Shown here: piece by piece, positions 1-9,931 of the stretch
How the letters are laid out: each line of letters opens with the position of its first letter
Numbering within the stretch: position 1 is the first letter of the stretch
Source of the DNA: Rhizodiscina lignyota
Taxonomy: Eukaryota
NCBI GenBank assembly: GCA_010015805.1
Contig: ML978126.1
Location: 806,001-870,000, forward strand
Reading direction: 5' to 3'
Length of the DNA: 64,000 nucleotides
Notes under the pieces: model-generated
What the model was told of the DNA's origin: nothing
The model's database searches: none
Seen by the model: only the letters and a program-made list of their open reading frames with translations
Program-made: the position numbers and the translations under genes

Positions 1-617
1 AAGCGGAACGACGTCGTGGGCACCCCGTACAAGTGCGCATAGCTGTGAGCCATCAGCTCCACTGATTTCTTCGTGGCTGCGTAGATGGTGAGCGGCTGGT
101 CTGCGCAGTCCGTCTCGCGAAACGGCACGGATTCGTTGGCGCCATAGATGGATGATGTGGACGCGAGCAGCAGGTGCCGGACGTCGAGCTCTTTGGCAAT
201 GTCGAGGACGTTCCACGACCCTTCGACGTTGGAGCTGAGGTAGGAACGAGGATTCTCAAGACTGAAGCGCACCCCCGCCTGCGCAGCCAAGTGCACAACG
301 ATATCGGGTTTGGCCTCTCGCATCGCAGTCTCAAGTTTCTCGCGGTTTTCCAGCAGCGCGATGATTGATTGGAAACGTGGATATCCCGACAGTACGGCAT
401 GTCGCATCTCCTTTAGTTTAACATTGTAGTAAGGTGTCATGCCATCGAAGCCTACAACATCGTGACCTTCCTCCAACAGGCGTCGCGCAAGATGGAATCC
501 AATGAAACCAGCAGTGCCAGTAATGAAATATCGCAATTTTACTATTGATCTGTCTTGCTTGTTCTCGGATAACGAATCTCGACGACTGCGCGGCTGCGCC
601 GATCCAGCTTCTTCCAT
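1..617 (-). CDS. UDP-glucuronate 4-epimerase (extended SDR, LspL/Uge type); 3' part lies outside the window
   Basis: Manual translation from the ATG at 617 gives MEEAGSA...[37 protein letters not shown]...[18 protein letters not shown]...[10 protein letters not shown]...[28 protein letters not shown]. The GxxGxx[10 protein letters not shown] and YxxxK motifs are intact and there is no stop or intron in 205 codons. A possible upstream GTGAGT..TAG intron lies at ~711-780. Confidence 0.9.
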   Translation of the reverse strand, partial: MEEAGSAQPRSRRDSLSENKQDRSIVKLRYFITGTAGFIGFHLARRLLEEGHDVVGFDGMTPYYNVKLKEMRHAVLSGYPRFQSIIALLENREKLETAMREAKPDIVVHLAAQAGVRFSLENPRSYLSSNVEGSWNVLDIAKELDVRHLLLASTSSIYGANESVPFRETDCADQPLTIYAATKKSVELMAHSYAHLYGVPTTSFR

Positions 618-1554
618 GCTAGGGCGAGTCAATAACAGGCGTGCGAAGCTTCGACAACGAAGGAGAAATGATGTTGATGAAGGTTTAGCTTCCTCTATTG
701 TTGAGAATATCTAAAACGGAGAGGTATGGTCATTTTCATGATTGACACTCACAGAAAATCGCCTTCGATCTTTCACTCACTCAACCTCCTTCCTTTTGCA
801 CGAGACGCTTAACCAGACAGATTGCGACTTAGCTGATTCGAGCGTGGAATTTTACTCTGTCCAAAGTACCGGATGTATAGGGCGAACCACAGCCCATGAA
901 GTTTCATGTTCACGACGGCCACCCCATGATCTCGCGGGAACGACTGTAATGGGACTCAGCAGCCATCCCAACATCCCTAATTCCGTGCCACAACAGACCA
1001 AGAGATCCTGACCTGTACTGATCTAATCCGATTCCCGCAGACATTTGGTTTTGTGGTGAACGGTGGTGCAGGGAGATTGTCTCCGCCTCAACACAACCAA
1101 ACCACCAACCAACGCTCGTCGAATATAATTGAATAAGCAGCCGTTAAAGAAGGGTTCGAGTCCGACCAGATCGAATCAGGTCAGTTCTCCTCAGGTTACT
1201 ATTGTAGATTAACTAGTGGCGACCTCTGATTTGCGGCGATACGAACTGACTTTAATCATTAGTACACTTAGGTTTCTGCGTCTCTCCTTGGAAACCGACA
1301 AAGACGCGGCTTGCATCACTCAAATCGACGTACACGATGAAATCGAGACCATCCTTTCCATCAGGAGGCCGTACGACTGTAAAGTCCAATCCTTGGAGGG
1401 TTGCAGTACGACATCGCCAGCCTTCCCAGCTAGAGATTGTACAACTTCTCGACATTCCAAGATTATTATTAAAGAAGGCCGGGATGATATTCTGCTTTGC
1501 ACGCATTTTTGCTACGGCTCAGACCTAGCAATAATTCACCGTTACGATCCAAAG

Positions 1555-1933
1555 CAGAGCTGTGCTTGAACTAGTGTGGTTTGACTTCCAAGTGATTAGT
1601 TAGTTTGACTGTTAATTAGACAGCCCATTCGTTTGATTCCAATCCATTGATCAATCGAATCCGACCATACGATCTTTAAAATACTATAATTAGTTGTATC
1701 TCGAAGATTTGGCATAACGGGCACGGACGTTAATGCGCGATGTAATAAATAGCGCGTAGGTACCCTGGCATATGTCGATCTCTATTATCCTTTAATCCTC
1801 TATATTTAAATAATTAGGGCTAATAAATCCAATCAGCTTGATCCGGTAATAATCAAAGCAATCAATCAGACGCGTCGATCACTGAACAAAATCAACCAAA
1901 CGGTGCAAGCCGATTGGACTAAGCACAGCTTTA
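1555..1933. mobile_element. Possible degraded non-autonomous TIR element (hAT/MITE-like)
   Basis: AGCTGTGCTT (1558-1567) and AAGCACAGCT (1921-1930) are perfect inverted repeats. The interior is TpA-rich with CAATCAA/CAACCAA-type short motifs. No target-site duplication found. Confidence 0.3.
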
Positions 1934-2107
1934 GAGTGAAAAAACCATGCGAATTACTTGACGGAAAAGTCTGTCTCATCTACTAGCTATACAATATTTC
2001 GGGCCGATACAAAAACGACAGTAATGCTGGATCTAATTATGAAGTGACATGTATATGTAAACCTCCTTATCCTCACCCCTCCTGAACTGCTAGTGGCATG
2101 GACTTGC

Positions 2108-2908
2108 TCAACTGTTCGCTTGTATTGCGCTTTCGATAGCATAATTATTCTCTGCGGAGTCCTCCAAACACCAGATCGCAGCACTGGTCACACCCGACGC
2201 ATGCACACTCTCCCAGACGGTGAGGAGGTCCGGAAGTTGCAGGCCACGCGGTGACTGTGTGCTGGAAGCTATTCCCAGTCCAATCGTTCCATAAGTGACC
2301 CCATTCACAGTTAATAAGTTGCCAACTGATGCTAGGGCGTCTTCGTATCCCTGTATGTCATCGATTCCATCCGCGTACGCCTGGTAGTTGTAGCAACCCA
2401 GGAAGAAATTGGTCGACGTCCAGAGCTGCTGGTACTGGATATTCGTTGCCCCAAAGGGAGCACAAGACCACTGCGAATGCTCAACCATTTGTGTGATGAC
2501 CTGGGACATGCATCGAACGAAAGAGTCGTCGAGATTGTTCTCGTAATCGATGTCGAAGCCGGCCAGGCTGTAAGTAGACATCATATTCGTCAGCGAGGAG
2601 ACTGCATTGTTAATCCAAGCGCCCTCGTCGGCTGGCGCTTGCCAAGGAAAGTTGTCGCCTCCTCCGAGGCTGGCGTAGAATTTGCGGTTTGGATTCTCTT
2701 CCATCAATTGAGATATGTAGCCCGGCGTGATTTGTGAGTCCCAGACGGGCGTGAAGTTGCCATCGCGATTGAGGTCCCGGGCAAAGGCTAGACAAAAGAT
2801 GAAAGTGAAGTTTGAATCGGTGCTGACTGGGACAAGCTCGAGGTTTGGAGCTGGTCGGCCGCCTGGGAAGGCACCAACGTAAGCCGTGATTTGAGTCTGC
2901 GATCTCAT
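2108..2908 (-). CDS. GH18 chitinase-like protein, plant class IIIb/narbonin type, 266 aa, single exon
   Basis: Motifs YVGA, FIFCLAFARD..GNF.PVWD, ASLGG, WINNAVSSLT, LAGFDIDYE (DxDxE kept), APF and YNYQAYA follow the order seen in plant class IIIb chitinases. No signal peptide is evident. Confidence 0.85.
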   Translation of the reverse strand: MRSQTQITAYVGAFPGGRPAPNLELVPVSTDSNFTFIFCLAFARDLNRDGNFTPVWDSQITPGYISQLMEENPNRKFYASLGGGDNFPWQAPADEGAWINNAVSSLTNMMSTYSLAGFDIDYENNLDDSFVRCMSQVITQMVEHSQWSCAPFGATNIQYQQLWTSTNFFLGCYNYQAYADGIDDIQGYEDALASVGNLLTVNGVTYGTIGLGIASSTQSPRGLQLPDLLTVWESVHASGVTSAAIWCLEDSAENNYAIESAIQANS

Positions 2909-4428
2909 GATGTTGGCAATTGAAGAGTTTTGGAGTGATTAATGGGCAAGAAAATATCAGTACACATGGTTGAACAGATGGAGACGACATTTTATATCAC
3001 ATATTATTTCCGCCATGCCGCCTTGAGAAGATGTGCCGAAGTAGAGAGACTCACACGCAAGTTCGTATCTTTCGGCTATGGAGCTGAAAGTTGGCAACCG
3101 GTGGGAGGGCGGGCGTTGAAAGTTTGCGCAGATTAAATGAAAAGACACTCAGCTTAACGACGGCTCACTGTCGCTGAGTGGCAATGAGGCCGCCATAAGA
3201 AAGGGCATGCGATCATACTTCAGCGCATATGGTGTCTGTTCAGCTCCAGAAAGCGGAAGCAGGATCTCCAAAATATGAACGCGAAGGTAGGATGTAGGAA
3301 CTCCTGATTCTGTTCACGAGCGCATTCGGGCTCCTCCTCACGACAGACAGAGCGGTTCAAATCCGCACGTGCTGGTCATTTGTTCCGCACCCAGCTCACT
3401 GAGGCGCTTACCTACCGCTCATTCGAGTGCTCACCGACTGCTCTCCCAGCTCGCCCGCCTCTCTATAATGGTGCATTTCCGACCAGTTAGATCAAAGCGA
3501 AGAATGAGCAAGGTGAATGTAGACTGGTTAGAGAGAAGACCAATACAAACTACCCAATTTTCCACACTTTCCTCCCTCTCACTTGCGCTGGTGAACCTCA
3601 GCGTTGGGTAATTTATCCTAAGCTCTGACGACGTCGTAGCGGTGAAGTCCGAAGCTGAGCCGGGCTCGCCGTGAGCCCTAGGACTAGATAAAACTCCGAT
3701 ATTATGCCAGTTAGTTGATCATAGACGACACTGCAGATGGTTGACTGAGAACTGGGTCATTCTTAGGCAGTCACCGTTGTTCCAGCTGTCATATCAAGTC
3801 AGATTATTCTAATTTTTCATCCATAGCCCTTTTCAATGTCGTAATGAGAATCAAAGATGAGCTGGCTGGAGCCATTTTCGAAAATTTGAATAGAGAAGCT
3901 CTAAGACTAGGAAGAGCGAGGAGAAGGAGCTAATGATTACGCATTAGCAAGATCATAGACGTAGTGCACAGCCATTAAATAGTACAACAGGATAGCCGAA
4001 GAAAGGTTTTTAGCCAGTTAGCAGTCGCCCCCGGAGCTGAAACATCCGGATCTTCTAACAATGGTCAGGCCATGCTGGACCAGCGATCACTCCCATTTAC
4101 GTTCTGCTTCCTCCTCCCTGACATAAGCCCAATCTAAGGGATGATCCACAAAGGAGTAATTGGGTGAATATGGAATCATCTTGAATAGTTATCTTGTTCT
4201 TCACGATTCAGACAATGTTTGGTTCATCAATTCCAAATCTCAATTCCAGAAATATGTCTTCGATGAACGATGAGGTTGAAAAATGTATAAAACACGTCTC
4301 CTCTGTTAGGGTCGAACGGGCATTCATTCAAGCACCAAGCATCACTTCAGCCCAAGAATTCACCGCGATCAATAAAACCTTTCTCAAGACCCTTCCATTA
4401 GACGCTTGTCTTGTACTATCCACACATC

Positions 4429-4851
4429 ATGCAATTTTTCAAATCGGCAGCCCTTCCGTTGGTCCTCCTCTACGTTGGTAGCTCTGTTGCCGACGTCACG
4501 ACCCAATCATGCTCCTTCAGCATGAACCCCGAGACGGGAGATCTTGAATGGTCAATCACATTCGGCAATATCCCGGGCGGTTCGATTAGCTCAGTCTGCG
4601 GAAACTTTGGCGGCGATACAAGAAACAATGGCAACGGCGCTCTGATAACTGAGGGACAGAGCAATGGGACTCCCGTGGTTGGCTCGGTCAGTTGCAATGC
4701 CGGTGGCAGCACGATGCAGACCAGTTTCACTCTTGGCGGGCAGTTGGGTTGCGGCTCTGAGGCCACTACTATTAGCAATGCTATTACTTCAGTCATTGGG
4801 GATTCGGCCAGTGTTGACTTCAGTGCTTCGGACTGCGGCTGTTCTGATTAA
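4429..4851 (+). CDS. Small secreted Cys-rich protein (140 aa, 6 Cys)
   Basis: ATG at 4429 (MQFFKSAALPLVLLYVGSSVA, signal-peptide-like), Gly/Ser/Thr-rich body, TAA at 4849-4851, TATAAA about 140 bp upstream. Confidence 0.75.
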   Translation: MQFFKSAALPLVLLYVGSSVADVTTQSCSFSMNPETGDLEWSITFGNIPGGSISSVCGNFGGDTRNNGNGALITEGQSNGTPVVGSVSCNAGGSTMQTSFTLGGQLGCGSEATTISNAITSVIGDSASVDFSASDCGCSD

Positions 4852-5329
4852 GAGGATAGATGAACTGGGGCGGAAAACTTATACATTACATTCGTTGATT
4901 AAGGGGTTTGGGCTTATCGACCGGGGGGTGTGATGGAGATACGTGTATAGCTATGGCGATCGTTAGTACATTGCGGCATGGTTTTCTTTTAGCATCTTCA
5001 TACCTTCTAGTCTTTCCTTTATCGAATCTTGGTATACATAGGTAGTACAAATAACGGAGTTATTGGCTCTTGACTCGCACGAGCTTTCCTTAAAACAGTT
5101 CGCGGTTTCGCTTGGTAATAAGGAGATATACAAAGCGCTACAGGCCGAATGACCTAGGCTCTGCGGCGGTAAGGGGTCGTCTCTGGCTGTCTAGATGCGA
5201 GATGGCTCTTTACTACGGGATTGAATAGAACAGTAATTTTGAAAATATGTGACGAGGATTGCGCGCAACTAGCAAATACGTGTTAGTTGATTATTTAATT
5301 ATGAATAAAAATGTTGATCAAGCAATCGC

Positions 5330-7274
5330 TTAGATGATTTGAAAATTTCGAAGCTCTCCGCCGACTTGTGGCTCCCTTGGTAGACACAAATACCCATGCA
5401 CGTAGCAAGGGCCAATGAGACAATAGCCACCTTCCACTGCTCTCAGCAGGAACGGCATGTTCGAGCTGCCCCCCAAGAACACCACCAAGTCGTCCCTCTA
5501 TGCATTAGGAGGCGCAAGTACAAGGAGCGACTCTTCTGTTCTTGCTATCCTCCTGCCCACAGACGCGAGCCCAAGCGTCTGCTGGAGCCACGAGGAAATG
5601 TAGATGGCAGAAGTGACGTTCGATCCGCCGACGATATGGAGTGTTGGATAGGAGTGCGGATAGTACGAACCACGCTGCCATTGTCTGTTCAGGGTCTCAT
5701 CGTCCAAAACGGATGAGGTATCCGAGCCGCCGGAGTAGTTGGGGCATCGAACAGCCAGAGTGCTGAGGACCCCTTCCCAGAAGTGGTATGCAGAATGGGC
5801 GGGCGTCCTGCCTGTCCAGAGTTTGCCTGTCCAAAGTGTGGGTCCGTTAAAGCGGCGACGTAACTTCAGATCATCAGAGCGGCCATGAGAGAACAGGTTT
5901 GCCCATTCTCGGACAGTCTTTCCATCGGGTTCGGCTGCTGGTTTTGTCCATGCGGAGCTGACATGCTTAATCGAAGTGAGTATGCGGCCTTTGCAATTCA
6001 GAACCTTGTGGTCAGCACTGAAAGAGACTTGTATGGCCGGTAGCTTCTCTGCTGGTATGTGATATCTGCGGCTCCTCAGTATTGGTGAGAATATTGCTTT
6101 GAGGTCTCTCTGAGTAGTTAAGCGATTGAGAGGGAAAAGATGCTGACTTGTCCAGTCAGGCACCCACGACGGCAGGTCCTTAATAACAGTATCGCTTTCG
6201 ACGCAGGTCAACACATCCAGTGTGTTGGTCGCAAGAATGCATTGCACTGCAGCTCTGGTGAAGACGCTTGAGACATCCAGGTTGTAGTCGACGGTCAACA
6301 GCTGGCTCAGCTCTGCGCTTTGCAGTTCAGACTTTCGAATCCGTTCGTACAATGTTGGTCAGTGCAAACACATGGTCTCGTGGGTCCGTGGAGTCGTTAT
6401 GGCGGCCGTCCTGCAGAAGGTCCACAAAGGTGCTGTGCAGACGGACGGGCGGGTTCCACAGACGGGTGAGCCGCGTGGAGGTGCATGACATCCAATACCG
6501 CGTGAGGGTATTGAAGTTTGATCGGCCTCCATACGCTATGTAGATTGAGAAAAGGTTTTCTTGCGCTAACCACTGAGCGCTCTTGTTGTCTTCTTGGAGA
6601 GGCACTACTACCAAGGCTGTGGCTCGGCTCATGTGGAGTAGTTCCCAAGAGAGGGTTTGTCCGCGGTAGAAATATGTGATGGACTTGGCCATGGCGAATT
6701 CTTGAAGGATCCATGTCCTTGAGAACCATGGGTGCGCAAATAATTCTTGGAATGCAGAAAGCGTAGGTACGTCTGTATTCTTATCCTTGCGAAAGTTACC
6801 AATATCGATGAGGAGCCGCACGTAGTTCAAAGGCGTGCCAAGTGGCTCCGCGTCTTCGATGTCCAGGAAGACTATGGTTCTCGAAGCAATTTGATACAGC
6901 TTGTGCATCAGACGAACCTATTGGTTTCTCTCCGATACGTCATTTTGGTTTACACAAATCTGGTCGATCCATAGCCTTCTCGTGCGGTCTTTGAGACGAA
7001 AGGCCCGCAATGCTCGCTGCAAGCATGCAGTGATGCGTATCTCAGCGCCGTCACAGATGACAGCATGGCTCTTCTCCAAGTCGCCCCATGTATATGATAA
7101 GGCTTCAAACTTCGGATGGTCGGTGAAAGAGCAGTGGATGATGTTGCCAGAGAGTAGGGAAGCAGCTTCTCCGGGATGCACTTCAAGAAGCCGGATGTCG
7201 CCCTTTGCATCTGAGAACTGGTTTGGCGTATCCGAAGGAGTTGAAGCAAGTGGGTGGTATGTAGAAGGGTCCAT
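5330..7274 (-). pseudogene. HET-domain (PF06985, HET-6-like) gene disrupted by two in-frame TAGs and a frameshift or short intron
   Basis: All HET motifs occur in order: IRLL, FEALSYTWG, LWIDQICVNQ, ERNQ*VRLM (TAG 6920-6918), WFSRTWILQE, TDPRDHVFAL, VDY, LPSWVPDW, LAPPNA*RDDLVVFLGG (TAG 5500-5498), PFLLR, YCLIGPCYVHG, final TAA 5332-5330. There is a frame change near 6350-6302. Confidence 0.85.
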
Positions 7275-8050
7275 TCAGTTAAAGCTACCTTGTAAGCGCA
7301 GGCTGGCTTCCTGGTTGGCGGGAATAGCGGCTTATAATATCAGAATCCGCATGTAATCTCCGCCCCCTGCACTCCTGTATACCATCACCGTGAAAATCAC
7401 CTTATTATGTATGCCAAAGCTAGTAGGGACCCCTAGCTTAGCGCTCATACATACAAACTCTATAGAGCTGAGATAGTAAGTGATACTCCGTATCCGCGGT
7501 TTACATTGAGGCCTTAGTAGCGGCTTTTAATCCCTACTAGCTTTGGCATAAAAACACGATTTTCACCAACCTCCTTTCTCCATCCCCAGAAAGGAAATTC
7601 ACAAGGATATTCATATCGATAGAAATAATTTTTCGATAAACTACGGAGGTACTTAAGATCTTTGCCACATGGATCTCATTTGCAATAAATCCTATAAAAT
7701 TTCCGATATTGATAATATCTCCATAAGGTGGATTCTCCGTCACTAGTTGGACCTATCCTAAATCCATCGTCTGTTCAGTGGAAGAGCTAGATGAATACGT
7801 CGTAGACCAATCCCTGATACTTCCAGCGTCCAGACGTGTTGATCTCCATGTTCCTTCCTCCTCAAATCATCGACGGCAGAGATCCTCCGGGACTGTGTGC
7901 CTTTTAAAGCTGCCCTGCGGGATGAATCCTTCCAGGCAAAAGACGCTTCGAGGCGTCTTCGATAGGACCCCACACTGCTCAGACTATGAGTCCAGCATAG
8001 CTCGCCCGGTCGCTTCCTGCTGTTGGCTGATTCGACAAGAATTACGACCA

Positions 8051-9192
8051 TTACCAGATGCAGGCTAGGACTGCGACGAAGAACGATACTGTGACTAGGG
8101 GCCCGACTCTGGCAACATCTACAACCTGGTGTGCAAAGGAAGAGTCGTCGCTCGAAGAGCCCTGAGAGGTCTGCGCTGCCGAGCTTGGCGTTACAGCGGA
8201 CCTTATTGTTGAGCTTTGCGTTACGCTGTCACTAGTTGTAGCAGCGGGGTGTGCGGTTGACTTTGCGGTGCTGTCGCTTGTCGTAGGCGTAACAGCCGCA
8301 AATGCGATGCTCTTCCGATCCGTAATAGAGCAGTAGGATGATGAAGAGGAAGCTTCACTGGCCAAGCCACAGAACTTGCCACTCGATCCCGTACACTGGA
8401 ACTGTGCACACGCAGCGGCGACGGAGTTCCACTGGTCCGGTACATAGTAGGTACTCGAGAAACATGCGCAGTCGGTGCCGCCGTTGCCGCAATAACTTCG
8501 CAGGGATGACCAGACGTTGCAGGCTTCGGTTGGCCTAGATGGATGGAACACAGACGTGATTGTCGAGGTTGCGATTGTCTCCGGGTTGGCTGCAGCCGAA
8601 TCATCTACTATGGCGGTAACAACACCGAAGGTGATGGGCGTCACTGGACGTTGCGTGTTGCCGTTGCTCTTTTGTCCGTTGTTACCCTCAGTATTGTCGT
8701 TTCCGTTACCGTTCCCATTGTCTGGAGACTGCTCCTCCAGCTGGATAATTTCAAAGACCTTCTGATGGAACGGCTCCCAGTCATCGTCTCCATCGAAGAA
8801 ATCTGGCATTGAGTCAGCGGCATTCAAGCTCGGCCAGAACATGCATTACCTGAGAAGGGTGCTTGTTTATTGTTGTTGTCGTACTCTCCCAAAGGTCCTG
8901 CGTCGATGAGCGCGGTGGGTGAATCTACTGGGTTTGGTTCTTCTCCAGTGTTGGGGGTAGGAGCTTTAGGTATTGTAGGAGTGTTGGGAGTAGGAACTTT
9001 AGGTATTGGAGCAGGATTGGGAGTATCGGGACCGGGTTCTGTACCAGTCTCGGGAGTAGCGGGGCCAGGCTCTGTACCAGTCTCGGGAGTGTTAGGTTTC
9101 GGTTGTACGACCTCAGGGGCCGGAGCAGCTGCGTGCAAGCATTGCAAAATGCAGCACAGCACCAAGAGAATGTACAACCACCGGAATTCCAT
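8051..9192 (-). CDS. Secreted, probably GPI-anchored cell-surface protein with Pro/Thr repeats and an 8-Cys domain; 2 exons
   Basis: Signal MEFRWLYILLVLCCILQCLHA. A 47-nt intron at 8849-8803 (GTAATG..CTGAC..CAG) joins the two track ORFs as ...PFS-DFFDG. A Cys-rich block, Ser/Thr stalk and hydrophobic C-terminus follow. Confidence 0.8.
9025..9090 (-). repeat. 33-bp coding tandem repeat x2 (TPETGTEPGPx)
   Basis: TCTGTACCAGTCTCGGGAGT recurs at a 33-bp period on the + strand. Confidence 0.8.
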
Positions 9193-9931
9193 GTCTATCA
9201 AATCGTCGCGTCGCGAAAAAGAAGTCGAACGGCCTGCGATCGGGGTTAGCTAAAGGCATGCCTATATAGCGATGCGGCCCGTCCTGACGCTTGTGGACGA
9301 AAACCAAACAGAGGGCAGCACGGCCTCCAGGCGGATCGGGATGCTGGCAGACGGCGTGGCAAGGGGCCAGATGCGATCTAAGCACTGCGCTGGCTGGACC
9401 TCCTGTAATATCGCGGCCTGCGCCTTCGATCCTTCAAGCAACAACGCCACGAACAAACTCTTCAGCCTTATCCAACGCGCGCGTTGTGTCTCCTTTGGCT
9501 AAGATGAAGTTCGGCGGTGTTTCAGCGGCCTTCATCGTGGCCAAGTCTAGACCAACCTCATCTCTCCGCATCCTCTTGCACGCAAAGCCAAGCATTCTGG
9601 CTTGCTGTGAGGCTGAGACCGGAGAGTTAACGTTAAAGCATGTGGGGGCCAAAAGAATCAATGCTGGACGTAGCCCCGACCCAACGCATATTTCACTGGT
9701 GCTGTACGCTCATACACAGCTGGAACGTGTCCGCCTACGGAGCAGAGCGTGGTGTAACTTTCATCCGGTATTACCACCGTGTCTGCAATTTCAGGGCTCT
9801 GCGGAGCAGGCGCGCTATTGAGAAACTGTTGTGGTCGCGTGCAAATTGGTGGCGCAGCAACTAGCACATATTGTCTGAGCCTTCACAATCTCGAATGCCT
9901 CACCACTCACTCCATCGCGAGCGTGTGTGCC

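Noticed and set aside
1216..1569. Several short overlapping ORFs
   Set aside because: No recognisable motif, and they lie in TpA-rich degenerate DNA.
5498..6920. Genome-wide reassignment of TAG to Gln as the reason for the HET stops
   Set aside because: Conserved genes here (32309-33100, 47238-48118, 59548-60050) end at TAG at plausible C-termini, so TAG acts as a stop.
7537..8068. Ile/Asn-rich short ORFs downstream of the GPI gene
   Set aside because: The composition suggests RIP-type decay, and no family could be assigned.
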